Shown here: positions 41,763-52,424 of the stretch, one piece after another
Layout of the letters: each line of letters begins with the position of its first letter
Numbering within the stretch: the stretch's first letter is position 1
The notes under the pieces: generated by a model
Database searches by the model: none
What the model was told of the DNA's origin: nothing
Seen by the model: only the letters and a program-made list of their open reading frames with translations
Position numbers and translations under genes: made by a program
Assembly: GCA_002402995.1 (NCBI GenBank)
Contig: DHGX01000004.1
Span: 85,186 to 149,185, forward strand
Source of the DNA: Patescibacteria group bacterium UBA4787
Lineage (GTDB): Bacteria > Patescibacteriota > Patescibacteriia > UBA2591 > UBA4787
Direction of reading: 5' to 3'
Length of the DNA stretch: 64,000 nucleotides

Positions 41763-42494
41763 TTATTTCTTAATTCTTTGCATTTGCCTAATCATCAAGG
41801 GTATAAGTTCTTCGGGTTTACCACCTCTTTGCTTAATAGATCTAAGGGTGATTTTAAAAAGATTAATAAGAGCTCTTCTGTCTTTTTTAGCATCTGGCGA
41901 CGAACCGCTATAATAACCAACGCCCGATAACCTTTCAGCTTCTTTTAATTTTTGATTAACCTCTGATTCTTCTTGTTGATCCAATATTTGTTCTCCCTCT
42001 AAATCTACTGGGTCGGGCCCAAGATCGAATCTTATTGGTTCTAGCACAAACTGGCGTTCTAATTTCCCTTCTTCCGCCAATTGTTCAATTATTTGAATAG
42101 CCTTCTTGGCCAGTTTTTTTAACTTCTCGTCCCAAGTTGGTATGCCTTTATCTCTTCTAATTTCATTTAAAATAGTCCTAACGCGAGGGAAAATTTCTTC
42201 TTTCTCTAAACGAGATCGGTTATTATTGCTGATCAATTTATTAACAGATTCGTTGTCTTTAAAAATATCTAAAACCCCAAAATAAATACCGGCGATTAAG
42301 ATGTCATCTTTAGCGGACATTAAGAGATTATCTTTAAAATTTAAGATTTTTTCGATATCGAGATCGATAGACGATTTGTCGTCATTTTTATCGCCAGACG
42401 GCTTATTTGATTCTTCTAATGAAACCACAAAACTCTTAAATTCGCGCGTAGCTGGTCCATCTTCGCCATTATTAATTGAGATCTTTTCTATCAT
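41763..42494 (-). CDS. Hypothetical protein
   Basis: 243-aa ORF downstream of element B4 and its promoter. Confidence 0.6.
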   Translation of the reverse strand: MIEKISINNGEDGPATREFKSFVVSLEESNKPSGDKNDDKSSIDLDIEKILNFKDNLLMSAKDDILIAGIYFGVLDIFKDNESVNKLISNNNRSRLEKEEIFPRVRTILNEIRRDKGIPTWDEKLKKLAKKAIQIIEQLAEEGKLERQFVLEPIRFDLGPDPVDLEGEQILDQQEESEVNQKLKEAERLSGVGYYSGSSPDAKKDRRALINLFKITLRSIKQRGGKPEELIPLMIRQMQRIKK

Positions 42495-42513
42495 AGGCTT
42501 GATTTATATATTG

Positions 42514-42601
42514 AATTATACTCGCTTTGCTTGTGAAATTTGGACGTTCAGAGTCAAGTCAAAAGTAAAACTTTTGTTTGAACTTCTCGCTACCAACTAT
42601 A
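42514..42601 (-). mobile_element. Family B element copy B4 (short form)
   Basis: AATTATA / AACTATA flanks; TTGACT-17-TATAAA lies a few bases upstream on the minus strand. Confidence 0.85.
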
Positions 42602-42650
42602 CTGTATTTATATCATATTTTGATAGAAAAGTCAATATAATAAAATACCT

Positions 42651-44186
42651 TTATTGTTCTATATATTTTACGCTTATTTTAGCTTCAAAAATTTGCTTCA
42701 GTAGCTTGGGATCGGCTCTATCCTTGCTATCTTTCATCGCTTGACCAATTAAAAATTGCAAAACGTTGATTCTCCCGTTTTGATATGCTTTTACCATTTC
42801 AGCGTTTTTATCAATTACTTTTTGAACGATATTTTCTATTTCTGTAGTATTGTCAACTCTTTTAAAGTCTTCGGATTGTATTATTTTATCAACATCTGCT
42901 CCAGTTATAAACATTTCTTCCAAAAGCTTTTGAGCCATAGTGCCGGAAACCTTATTTTCATAAATTAAAATAATAAATTCGGCGAAATTTTCAGGAGTAA
43001 TTTTAAGATTTTCAAAATTTTCATGGTGCGTTTGAAAAAGATAAAACAATCGATTAATAATCCAAGACGACACCAGCTTTAATAGCTTTGATCGGTGTTT
43101 CGTCCAAATTTCTTGTTCGCTATCTTCTACGGTTTCTAAAGATATAAGCCATGCTTTGAGTTCAGAAACAACATGCTCCGTGAAATCGGCCATAATTTTT
43201 TGGCTGGTCAGAATCTTCGCCTCTTCTTTGGATAAATCATAAGAGCGCTCGAATCTTTCGCGACGAATACAGGGCAATTCAGGCAAAGAAGATCTTAAAT
43301 TATTAATATTGATGAAATTGTCCACCGTCGAATCAAAAAATGGAATATCCGGTTCCGGAAAATAACGATAATCCGTTATCCCCTCTTTAATCCTTTGAAC
43401 TATAATTTTCTCTTTGTTCTCGTCCCAACCGACCGTAATTTTTCCCTGACGCCTTACAATTTCTCCCCCGGCAATATATTCTTCGTATTGGCGATTAGCT
43501 TCAAAACCTAAAGCCCTTTCCACGGCCTTAAAGGAATTTAAATTTTTAATTTCTGTGATTGGTGTTTTAATCTCTCGCTCGTCTTTATCAAAACTAATAT
43601 TGACGTTGACGTCGCAACGCATTTGTCCTTTTTCCATATCGGCATCGGAAATATTCAAATATCGGGCAATCAACTGCAATTCTTGCAAAAATATCTTTGC
43701 CTCTTCGGGAGATTTTAGATCTGGCTCAGTAACAATTTCGACTAAAGGAATACCCGAACGATTAAAATCAATTAAAGTATTATCGCCCGAGTGCGATAAT
43801 TTAGCAGTATCTTCTTCAAGGTGAATCCTGTTTAATCTTATTTTTCTGCGCTCATTTGATAAATCAATGTCTAGATAACCGCCCGCAATAATCGGATGAT
43901 CATATTGACTGATTTGATAACCCTTCGGCAAATCTGGATAAAAATAATTTTTGCGGTCAAATTTAAATTTTTCGGCCACGCGACTATTTAAAGACAAGCC
44001 CAACGAAATCGCTTGTTCAAGAGCTAGACGATTTACTACTGGCAATGCCCCTGGCTGACCAGTACAAACCGGACAAATATTGCTATTAGGATGACTCAAA
44101 TCGAGTTTATTCTCACAAAAACAAAACATTTTTGTTTTTGTTTTAAGCTCTAAATGGATTTCTAGCCCTATAATAAATTTAAACAT
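42651..44186 (-). CDS. gatB: Asp-tRNA(Asn)/Glu-tRNA(Gln) amidotransferase subunit B
   Basis: IGLEIH, FDRKNYFYPDLPKGYQISQ, HLEEDTAK, DYRYFPEPD. Confidence 0.96.
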   Translation of the reverse strand: MFKFIIGLEIHLELKTKTKMFCFCENKLDLSHPNSNICPVCTGQPGALPVVNRLALEQAISLGLSLNSRVAEKFKFDRKNYFYPDLPKGYQISQYDHPIIAGGYLDIDLSNERRKIRLNRIHLEEDTAKLSHSGDNTLIDFNRSGIPLVEIVTEPDLKSPEEAKIFLQELQLIARYLNISDADMEKGQMRCDVNVNISFDKDEREIKTPITEIKNLNSFKAVERALGFEANRQYEEYIAGGEIVRRQGKITVGWDENKEKIIVQRIKEGITDYRYFPEPDIPFFDSTVDNFININNLRSSLPELPCIRRERFERSYDLSKEEAKILTSQKIMADFTEHVVSELKAWLISLETVEDSEQEIWTKHRSKLLKLVSSWIINRLFYLFQTHHENFENLKITPENFAEFIILIYENKVSGTMAQKLLEEMFITGADVDKIIQSEDFKRVDNTTEIENIVQKVIDKNAEMVKAYQNGRINVLQFLIGQAMKDSKDRADPKLLKQIFEAKISVKYIEQ

Positions 44187-44382
44187 ACCATGTAGTAGAG
44201 ATTCGATGCTTCTCGGGGTGCGATTTATATTAAGGAATGCGATAGAAGCAAAGAATAGTTATTTTATTAATAATAGAACCAGATAGTAGACCGAAGCGGA
44301 AAGCTTGAAACTTACTACTCCGACGCCTTGGTCGGAGTCCCGACCCTTCGACATCGGGATTGAATTTTCACTACCTGACATA
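44184..44382 (-). mobile_element. Family A element copy A3 (long form) at the gatB start codon
   Basis: CATA at 44184-44187 (includes the gatB start) and 44379-44382; body 44188-44378. Confidence 0.9.
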
Positions 44383-44385
44383 TTT

Positions 44386-45765
44386 TTAACAAGAATGCTT
44401 ACTACTTAAAACTATGACGATGGTTTTAAGTAAAATTTTAAAATCCAACCAAATAGACCATTGGCGAACATAGAAAAGATCTAACTTAACCTCCTCTTCA
44501 AAGGATAAACTTGATCGACCTGAAACTTGAGATAATCCTGTCACACCAGGTTTAATGAATAATAATTCTTTTTGATTATAATCATATCGTGAGACTTCAT
44601 CGGGTTGATGTGGCCGAGGTCCGACCAAACTCATTTGTCCCTTTAAAACATTAAATAATTGCGGCAATTCATCGATACTATAACGTCTAATAAATTTGCC
44701 GATTTTTGTCACGCGTGGATCGTTCTTCATTTTGAATAAAGGACCATCTTTTCTCTCGTTTTGCGCCATTAGGTCTTTTTTAAGTTGTTCGGCGTTTTTT
44801 ACCATAGAACGAAATTTGTATAATCTGAAAGATTTTCCCCGTTGACCGACTCGCGTTAAACCGACAAAAATTGACCCAGATGAATCAATTTTAATAATAA
44901 GGCCTAATAAAATAAAAAATGGAGACAGAGCAATCAATCCGAAAAAAGAAAAAATAATATCTAAAATTCTTTTGACTACCCTTCCCCACCCATCTAAAGC
45001 CGTTCGTTTTACTTCGATATACGGCCTGCCCATCATAGTTTCTACGGCTAGATTACTGGAAAGCGCGCCGAAGAGATCGGCGGCATACTTAAAATTTATT
45101 TGGTGTTCCTTGCAAAAAGCAATAAGACGCAAAACATCCGATCGAGATATATTAGAATCGCCCTGAATAATCTCGTCGAAACTTGAAACGCGACTAGACC
45201 AATTATTAATCAGGTCATCTACGGAAGCGGCTTGGCCGATAATATTATATCCATGTCCGAGATTTTTACGACAAGAGTTGATTAATTCTTCCACCTCCTT
45301 TCCTTGTCCTAAAATCAAGACTGGCTCTAAGCCAATGCCTTGTTTAAAAGATATTAACTGGATTAGATGAATTAAAAATCGTCCGATACTCAAAAAAACA
45401 AAAGAAGCTATCCATCCCGCTAAAATAATAAACCGAGAAGTAAAATATTCTCTTTGAAAAAACAAAAATAGAACAATTAACATAGTGCCCATAGAACAGC
45501 CAATAAAAATTTGGCTAATTTCTTGCGTAAAATGCCGTCTGTTTTTTATGCTATATAAGCCCAATAAAACAAAAATTCCTATCCAAATTAAAGCAATTAA
45601 AACGATCTTAAAAACATAATCGTTATAAGGGATCTGTGTGAATATCGGTAAAACTTCTTTAAATAACTTAAAACGCAAAAAATAAATAGATATGCCAGCC
45701 AAAACAAGCATAATAAAATCTAATGGCAATAAAGCGGTTAAAAATATAAGTCGAGATTTGCGCAT
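44386..45765 (-). CDS. Polyprenyl glycosylphosphotransferase (WcaJ/CpsE-type sugar transferase)
   Basis: KRILDI, YKFRSM, DPRVT, SIDELPQLFNVLKGQMSLVGPRP. Confidence 0.92.
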   Translation of the reverse strand: MRKSRLIFLTALLPLDFIMLVLAGISIYFLRFKLFKEVLPIFTQIPYNDYVFKIVLIALIWIGIFVLLGLYSIKNRRHFTQEISQIFIGCSMGTMLIVLFLFFQREYFTSRFIILAGWIASFVFLSIGRFLIHLIQLISFKQGIGLEPVLILGQGKEVEELINSCRKNLGHGYNIIGQAASVDDLINNWSSRVSSFDEIIQGDSNISRSDVLRLIAFCKEHQINFKYAADLFGALSSNLAVETMMGRPYIEVKRTALDGWGRVVKRILDIIFSFFGLIALSPFFILLGLIIKIDSSGSIFVGLTRVGQRGKSFRLYKFRSMVKNAEQLKKDLMAQNERKDGPLFKMKNDPRVTKIGKFIRRYSIDELPQLFNVLKGQMSLVGPRPHQPDEVSRYDYNQKELLFIKPGVTGLSQVSGRSSLSFEEEVKLDLFYVRQWSIWLDFKILLKTIVIVLSSKHSC

Positions 45766-45784
45766 AAAAATAGAATATAAAACA

Positions 45785-45932
45785 AATTATACTCGCTTTG
45801 CTCCTAAAGTTGGGGCGCCCCGCTTCGCCATAGCTCTCGCCACGCTAACGCGTTGGCGTAGCGGGTCAGCGAGGCGAGTCGGAGTCAAATCAAAAGTAAA
45901 ACTTTTGTTTGAGCTCCTCACTACCAATTATA
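45785..45932 (-). mobile_element. Family B element copy B5 (long form)
   Basis: AATTATA at both ends; the upstream copy is the -10 of TTGAAT-17-TATAAT. Confidence 0.88.
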
Positions 45933-45956
45933 CCCAATTCTGTATTTTAATTCAAA

Positions 45957-45985
45957 TAAAAAACGAGACTTAGTCTCGTTTTTAA
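45957..45985 (-). terminator. Terminator after rnpB
   Basis: AAAAACGAGAC-TTA-GTCTCGTTTTT. Confidence 0.7.
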
Positions 45986-45987
45986 TG

Positions 45988-46408
45988 CTTAAACAGGCCT
46001 ATAAGCCGAATTCTGTGCTCCCGATTTCTCGAGACGGCAATCATTTATCTAGCCTTAATATCGCTATTAAGGTCAAACGACCTACCTACTTCGTTCGCAC
46101 GAAGTTAATTTGGTCTTTCACCCAGTAAGGATTTAGCCGTTTCACCTCAAACGTTTCCATTTGAGCTACCCCCGAAGGGGCCGAAGCGTCTTTCGTTGCT
46201 TCGCGTCTCTGTTCGCACCTCTACCCCTCACTTGGGCCGTGAAAAAAAGAATATAATCATATAACATAATTATTTCCTATTTCATAGACCAAGTGAGGGG
46301 CGACGGCCGTTAACCGCTACGCTTTGTATTCCGATTTCTCGGAATATGGTGTTCGGACTTTCCTCCCCTTATTTAAAAAATAAGGAGTAATTGCCCGGCC
46401 CATTTAAA
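45988..46408 (-). ncRNA. rnpB: RNase P RNA
   Basis: Minus strand GAGGAAAGTCC and ACAGAATTCGGCTTATAG, terminal P1 pairing; promoter TTGACA-17-TATCAT at 46417-46445. Confidence 0.92.
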
Positions 46409-46457
46409 CTATATAAATGATAGTTCAAAATCAATCTTTTGTCAATGTGTTCGAATT

Positions 46458-47558
46458 TTATAAATTATCTTGCGCGATCGCTTCTCTAATTTCTTTTATC
46501 AAATTCAAATAAATTTCTAGATTATTTAAAGTGGCCAACCGTTGCGCTAACGGTTCGCCAGTTTTAAATAAATGATGCAGATAAGCCAAAGTATATTTTT
46601 TTAATTCCGGCAAATTAGAGTCGGGGTTAATTGGGGAAAAATTCGCAGAGAATTCATTGTTGGCAATCTGGATAGCGCGATAAAAATTTTTATCTTGTAG
46701 GTTGATATTTTTATTTCTTAAAAATAATCTTCCGTGGCGACCTTCGCGCGTGGGGATAACACAATCAAACATATCAATTCCTCGTTTTACCGCCTCAACA
46801 ATTTGTTCCGGTCTGCCGGCGCCCATCAAATACCTCGGTTTATCCAACGGCAGAACGGGGTTTAATAATTCAATAATTTGATATGTATTGTCAATCGGCT
46901 CGCCAATCGTAAGCCCTCCCAGAGCATAACCATCGAATCCGATTTTTATCAAAGATTCTGCGCTTTCTTTTCTTAAGTCATCATAAATTCCGCCCTGCAC
47001 GATACCAAAAAGCAATTGACCATTATCCTTTTTTTCGTCTTTCATTTTTTTGGCCCAAATAGCATTTCTCTTGATTGATTCTTCAAGATATTTATGTTCC
47101 GAGGGATAAGGCGCGCATTCGTCCAAAACCATCATAATATCAGAACCCAAATCCGCTTGTATTTCCATAACCTTTTTAGGTGTTAAATAATATTCTTGAC
47201 CGTCTATTTCTGATTTAAACTTAACTCCATCGACCAAAATTTTCCTCTGTTTAGCCAAAGAAAAAACTTGATAACCGCCGCTGTCCGTTAAAATTGGGCC
47301 AGACCAATCCATAAATTGATGCAGAGAACCAGCTTGGCGAATTAATTCATTTCCGGGGCGCATCATTAGATGATAAGTGTTAGAAAGTATAATTTCGGCG
47401 CCCAAATTTTTGACTTCATCGGTTGTCAAACTTTTTATCGCCGCGCGGGTGGCAATCGGCATAAAAACGGGCGTTTTAAAAACGCCGTGATTGGTTATTA
47501 CTTCACCCAAACGAGCCGCCGAAATTATAGATTTTTTCAACAAATTAAAACTATGCAT
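46458..47558 (-). CDS. tgt: tRNA-guanine transglycosylase
   Basis: TPVFMP, SNTYHL, LTDSGGYQVFSL, GIVQGG, DMFDCV. Confidence 0.95.
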   Translation of the reverse strand: MHSFNLLKKSIISAARLGEVITNHGVFKTPVFMPIATRAAIKSLTTDEVKNLGAEIILSNTYHLMMRPGNELIRQAGSLHQFMDWSGPILTDSGGYQVFSLAKQRKILVDGVKFKSEIDGQEYYLTPKKVMEIQADLGSDIMMVLDECAPYPSEHKYLEESIKRNAIWAKKMKDEKKDNGQLLFGIVQGGIYDDLRKESAESLIKIGFDGYALGGLTIGEPIDNTYQIIELLNPVLPLDKPRYLMGAGRPEQIVEAVKRGIDMFDCVIPTREGRHGRLFLRNKNINLQDKNFYRAIQIANNEFSANFSPINPDSNLPELKKYTLAYLHHLFKTGEPLAQRLATLNNLEIYLNLIKEIREAIAQDNL

Positions 47559-48318
47559 AAATTTTAATAAATTGCCTTAAAACCTTGCCCGAAGATAATT
47601 CCTCGTCGATATGCCATTGCGCCAATTTATCAATAAATTCCGTTGCTTCTTTAAGGTTTTTAAGAGATATTTTTTTCTTGTTCATCCAAAAATCAAAGTT
47701 TTTATATAAAAACAACAAAATCAACTCGTAAGTTTTAAATTCTAGTCTTGAACCTTTAATTTTTTTATTTTGATGACAATCTAAACAAACAACACCGCCA
47801 CTTTTTATATTAAAAAATAAGGTTCGTTCTTTAATCTTTTTGTTGCAATTAACACAATGAATTAATTCGGGGGCGTAACCTAGAAACGAAATAAATTTAA
47901 CAATGAAAGCATACAGCACAATAAAAGCTTGTCCGGGTTTATACTCTTCAATTGATTCCATCGTTTTTAAAATTAGAGAAAAAATTATTTTTTCTGGTTT
48001 GTTAAGCTTAGTAAACTTATCTACCAGCTCAAACACATAAGACACTAAAAATAATTTTAGATAATTGCAATTTATTTTTTCAAATTTTTTGTCAATCTCT
48101 CCTCCAATCAAATGGTAAATATTTTTCCCTTTGGCAATAAAAAGAGTAGACTGGACAAATGGTTGGCAAAAACCAATTAATTTGCTTTGTATTCTTTTAG
48201 CGCCTTTAATTTTAACTTCTACTTTGCCCATTTTTTCTGTGTAAAAGCAAACGATGCTATCAAATTCTTTATAGGGCAAGATCTTTAAAAATATAGCTTT
48301 AGTTTTAATGAGATTCAT
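47551..48318 (-). CDS. recO: DNA repair protein RecO
   Basis: N-terminal OB-fold pattern, LGYAPEL..CVNC, GGVVCLDC. Confidence 0.88.
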   Translation of the reverse strand: MNLIKTKAIFLKILPYKEFDSIVCFYTEKMGKVEVKIKGAKRIQSKLIGFCQPFVQSTLFIAKGKNIYHLIGGEIDKKFEKINCNYLKLFLVSYVFELVDKFTKLNKPEKIIFSLILKTMESIEEYKPGQAFIVLYAFIVKFISFLGYAPELIHCVNCNKKIKERTLFFNIKSGGVVCLDCHQNKKIKGSRLEFKTYELILLFLYKNFDFWMNKKKISLKNLKEATEFIDKLAQWHIDEELSSGKVLRQFIKIYA

Positions 48319-48350
48319 ATTGTCTAATAGAAAAAGTTAAATCCTGTAAG

Positions 48351-49607
48351 CTATAATTTTCCGTCTTGCTCGTCGCTCGACAAAATAAAATCATTAATTT
48401 TGTTAATAAATTCTCTGATCTTATTTTCCCAAGAAAAATTTTCAACCGCTTTAATCCTCGCTTCGTGTAATTCTGGTGTATCTTGGCTAATAGCTTTACT
48501 TATTTTGTCGTTGAAATCTCGATAATCGGTGGCAATATAAATTAGATGAGAAAATTGATTGACCCCGGAGGCAGCGGTGGTTACTGTCGGAATTCCACAT
48601 GTCAAATATTCAAGCATTTTCAATGAATAAGTATATTTAATAAATTCATCCAAACGATGAGGAATAATGCCAACGGCAAATTGTCGAATATAAAAAAGAG
48701 AAACCCGATAAGATTTTCGACCCAAAAAGTAAACATTTTTCATTTTTCGCAATTTTCTTAATTCAACATCCGGTCGTCTGATATGATGCAAAAATTGCGG
48801 CCAAACCGGACCGACTAAAACCAGTGATTTATCGGGATTATTTTCCGCTACATATTCTAACAACTTAACATCTACGCGATTTTGAATAGTTCCTACATAA
48901 CCAATGATTGGTTTTTTGATGCCTTTGGTATCCCTTAGAGCATTTTTATTTAAATCATCAATGGGTTGCAAAAAATGATTAATATCTACGCCGTTAGCCA
49001 GCCAATAACATTTTTTTTCTCGACCCAAATCAGCAAAAAAAGACACCAATGATTCGGCGACCGTAAAAATCATATCGTAATTCTGAGCAATAAATTTATA
49101 ATTTTCGTTTAATTCATTTTTATAATTTTTATATGAAGGGTGCTCTGTCCAGTTATCCACTGTTTCGAATATTTTTATTGTTTCGTTTGACAATGGACTT
49201 AGGTCGACAAAAAGTGGATGATACGAAACAATGATCCTCTGGACGTTTTTTGAAGACCCGTTTAATCGATTGATGATGCGATCAATCTTCTTAATAAAAG
49301 TTTTTGGATGAATATACGAATCTACGGTCGAGATGATAAATAAATTTTTATCTTTTTCCGGCTTAAAACAGGTCGTAGTTAAATCTTGATAAATATTCTT
49401 TTTAAAATAACGCGGGAAAATATCTTTTAAATAAACTTTTACCGCCGAAAATAGATTAAAGGGCAAAAAATCTACGCCAATTACTTTCTTAACCTGCGGA
49501 TAATTTTGGATTCCGAAAAAAATATGATAATTACGATTAACGACTCCTGCCTGCCAATCGCGATAAGCAGACATATTAAAAAATATAAATTCTAAATCTT
49601 TTTTCAT
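48351..49607 (-). CDS. GT-B glycosyltransferase (TuaH-like)
   Basis: NGVD..HF, IIGYVG, LVGP, KMLEYLTCGIPTV. Confidence 0.8.
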   Translation of the reverse strand: MKKDLEFIFFNMSAYRDWQAGVVNRNYHIFFGIQNYPQVKKVIGVDFLPFNLFSAVKVYLKDIFPRYFKKNIYQDLTTTCFKPEKDKNLFIISTVDSYIHPKTFIKKIDRIINRLNGSSKNVQRIIVSYHPLFVDLSPLSNETIKIFETVDNWTEHPSYKNYKNELNENYKFIAQNYDMIFTVAESLVSFFADLGREKKCYWLANGVDINHFLQPIDDLNKNALRDTKGIKKPIIGYVGTIQNRVDVKLLEYVAENNPDKSLVLVGPVWPQFLHHIRRPDVELRKLRKMKNVYFLGRKSYRVSLFYIRQFAVGIIPHRLDEFIKYTYSLKMLEYLTCGIPTVTTAASGVNQFSHLIYIATDYRDFNDKISKAISQDTPELHEARIKAVENFSWENKIREFINKINDFILSSDEQDGKL

Positions 49608-49612
49608 AAGCT

Positions 49613-51052
49613 TTATCGTTTTAATAAATTACGAAAATAAGATAAATCTTCTTTGGAAATAATCCCTGATATCAAAATTCCAATCACGTAACTTAATATT
49701 CCGACCATCATCAAAAATATAAAATTAATCCTGTCTTGGAGAACATAAACTATAAAACCCATAATCATGGAAATAGCGAGGATCTTCAGGAAGTTAAAGA
49801 AAATATTTTTTAATTTAAAATTGATAGCCTTATAAGTATATATAAAACCCAGAAGCGCTAAAATAAAAAAACTTGCCGTACTGGCTATGGCGGCACCCTG
49901 ATATTGATATAGTGGGATTAAAAGCAAATCAAATAAAATAATAGCAATCATCGCGATACCCCTGTTTCTGGCATTTATTTTTTCTTTAGAAGAAGCGTTG
50001 AGAACAGAAACAAATATATAGTCTAAAAACGCAAAGAACATTCCAAAAATCATTATTTTTAAAGGAATGGAGCTGGCCGTAAATTTAACGCCGTAAACAA
50101 TTTGTGTTATTTGTCTGGCCAAAATAAAAACTGAAACAACGATCGGAGTGACGACGAGTAAAATGTATTCAAAGGTTTTCTCGACAATCTTAACAATTTC
50201 TTCTTTTTGCTGCTTAGAAAAGTAATAACAAATAGTTGGGTAGATAGAGGCGGCAAAAGCAACAGGAAACATCCGCAATGCGTTAGGAATTTTCTGGGCA
50301 GCCGAATAATAACCAACTGCTTGATCGCCGCTTAATAACGAAAGCAAAACAATGTCGATGTAACCAAAAACACTGCCAAAAAAACTAGCCCCAAAAAAAT
50401 GAAAAGATTTCTTAATTATATGTTTAATAAGCGAAATATCAATTATAAATTCCGGCTTAAGTTGGTATTTTCTATTGGTTATAATAATAAGATAAAAAAG
50501 AATAATAATTTCTGATAAAATTAATGGAACGAAAAGATAAACTGTGGGCAATTTTAGAAAAATAACCATTAGGCCGACCGAAAAAACTGTTAATTGGCCG
50601 ATAATAATACCGATACTCTCGTATTTTAAATTTTGATAACCTCGAATAACCGAATAAAGCGTCCCGTTAATATTATTAATGATTATCATAATTCCTGCCA
50701 AATAAACCATCCAACGAATTTCTATTGGTTTGCCTAATAAAAAAATAGCGGCCACCATTATAAAATAAATAATGACGCCGCTTAACAATTTAAAAATAAT
50801 AATATTGCCCAAATAACGCGCTGTATTTTTAATTTCGCGCGCTACCTCACGAATTAAAAAATTGTTTATGCCCAAATCAATAAATACGACAAAAATGGAC
50901 GTAAAAGATAAAGCAAAAGAATATTGCCCGAGAGCTTCAACGCCTATGGCTCTCGCCAAAATAGCAAAATACAAAAAAGTTATAAATTTCTGAACGATGG
51001 AACCGAGAGTATACCACAAAGTATTCTTTTTCAGCCCCGGACCTTGAAGCAT
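49613..51052 (-). CDS. Wzx-like polysaccharide flippase
   Basis: Many TM helices, GQYSFA, DLGI, VGYYSAA; start at MLQGPG. Confidence 0.85.
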   Translation of the reverse strand: MLQGPGLKKNTLWYTLGSIVQKFITFLYFAILARAIGVEALGQYSFALSFTSIFVVFIDLGINNFLIREVAREIKNTARYLGNIIIFKLLSGVIIYFIMVAAIFLLGKPIEIRWMVYLAGIMIIINNINGTLYSVIRGYQNLKYESIGIIIGQLTVFSVGLMVIFLKLPTVYLFVPLILSEIIILFYLIIITNRKYQLKPEFIIDISLIKHIIKKSFHFFGASFFGSVFGYIDIVLLSLLSGDQAVGYYSAAQKIPNALRMFPVAFAASIYPTICYYFSKQQKEEIVKIVEKTFEYILLVVTPIVVSVFILARQITQIVYGVKFTASSIPLKIMIFGMFFAFLDYIFVSVLNASSKEKINARNRGIAMIAIILFDLLLIPLYQYQGAAIASTASFFILALLGFIYTYKAINFKLKNIFFNFLKILAISMIMGFIVYVLQDRINFIFLMMVGILSYVIGILISGIISKEDLSYFRNLLKR

Positions 51053-51074
51053 AAAATAATTTTTAAAATACAAA

Positions 51075-51635
51075 CTAACGTTTTTTCCATTGCGGAGCCC
51101 GGCGCGCTCTTTTAAGGCCAGGTTTCTTTCTTTCTTTGATGCGGGCATCGCGGGTTAAAAAGCCAAGAGATTTTAAAGAATCTCTCAAATTATTATCTAT
51201 AGCAATCAAGCATTTAGCTATACCCAACCGAATGGCTTCGCTCTGCGCGCTAATTCCTCCTCCTTTTACGCGAATAATAAATTTATAATTCTTATATTCT
51301 TTAAATAAATTTAAAACATTTTCGATGTTTTTTTGCCAGGAAAAATATGGAAAATATTTTTTATAATCCTTTTTATTAACTATTATTTCGCCTAATCCAT
51401 GCCCCCAAACCTGAATTTGAGCAATAGATGTTTTTCTTTTACCGGTTGCTTGACCAACTAAAACAGGGGCGCCGGTTTTTTTAGCTTTAACAATCTCTAT
51501 TTTAGGCATTACCCTCTTCTTTAATTCAAAAGTTATTGGAATTTCTTTTTCCGGTTTTGCGACAATTTGCTTTTTTGTCTTTTTAACAGAATTTTTAGGT
51601 TTAACAATTTTTTTTGTTGTTATATTTTTGGGCAT
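51075..51635 (-). CDS. rpsI: 30S ribosomal protein S9 (Lys-rich N-terminal extension)
   Basis: GKRKTS, GGG...QSEAIRLG, ERKKPGLKRARRAPQW. Confidence 0.95.
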   Translation of the reverse strand: MPKNITTKKIVKPKNSVKKTKKQIVAKPEKEIPITFELKKRVMPKIEIVKAKKTGAPVLVGQATGKRKTSIAQIQVWGHGLGEIIVNKKDYKKYFPYFSWQKNIENVLNLFKEYKNYKFIIRVKGGGISAQSEAIRLGIAKCLIAIDNNLRDSLKSLGFLTRDARIKERKKPGLKRARRAPQWKKR

Positions 51636-51640
51636 AATTT

Positions 51641-52042
51641 TTAAAATTTAAATTCTAATCTTTTAATCATGCTCTTTCTCAGTTTGTTTTTGGGAAGCAT
51701 CTGATAAACGGTTTTTGTAAATGTTTTAGCCGGATCTTTCGCCATCGCTTCTCCTTTCGAAATGGTTTTTAAGTTGCCTATATAACCCGTGAATCGATGA
51801 TATTTATCTTGTTCTAATTTGCGTCCGCTAATAATTACTTTATCAATATTCTCGATGATTACCATGTCGCCTTGATCTAAATAAGGCAAATAATTGGTTT
51901 TATTCTTTCCATTTAAAATTTGAGCTACTTCACAAGCTAATCGACCGAACACTTTACCGCGCGCATCAATCGTATACTTCTTTCGTTCCGGCGTTATTGT
52001 TATGTTTTTTTTCTCCTTTTTTGAATATTTTCCCTTGGCCAT
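51641..52042 (-). CDS. rplM: 50S ribosomal protein L13
   Basis: IDARGKVFGRLA, MLPKNKL. Confidence 0.95.
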   Translation of the reverse strand: MAKGKYSKKEKKNITITPERKKYTIDARGKVFGRLACEVAQILNGKNKTNYLPYLDQGDMVIIENIDKVIISGRKLEQDKYHRFTGYIGNLKTISKGEAMAKDPAKTFTKTVYQMLPKNKLRKSMIKRLEFKF

Positions 52043-52061
52043 ATTTTATTTAAATAAAATG

Positions 52062-52412
52062 TTAAATTAGTTCTAAGACAGCCAATGAGGCGGCATCTCC
52101 CTTGCGTTGCGCTAATTTAATTATTCTTGTGTAGCCACCCTTTCTGTTCAAATATTTAGAACTTATCTCTTCGATTATTTTTTTAGCCAACGCTCTATCG
52201 CCAACTATGCTTATTAATTTGCGACGAGACGCCAAGTCGTTTTTCTTTCCGAGAGTAATAGTTCTCTCAACAAAGGGTTTAATCATTTTGGCTTTGGCTA
52301 AAGTGGTCTTTGAACGACCATAAATAAAAAAATTCTTTAATAGCGCCGTTTTTAATGCTCGAAGCGGACCTTTTTCGCGACCTAAAATTTTTCCCTTTTT
52401 TTGATGACGCAT
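52062..52412 (-). CDS. rplQ: 50S ribosomal protein L17
   Basis: MRHQ, TTLAKAK, GGYTRI, RKGD. Confidence 0.95.
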   Translation of the reverse strand: MRHQKKGKILGREKGPLRALKTALLKNFFIYGRSKTTLAKAKMIKPFVERTITLGKKNDLASRRKLISIVGDRALAKKIIEEISSKYLNRKGGYTRIIKLAQRKGDAASLAVLELI

Positions 52413-52424
52413 GTTCTAGAAATT

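Noticed and set aside
45692-45973. 93-aa ORF, and similar ORFs 8610..8918 and 42301..42744
   Set aside because: Readings through family B elements and antisense to real genes.
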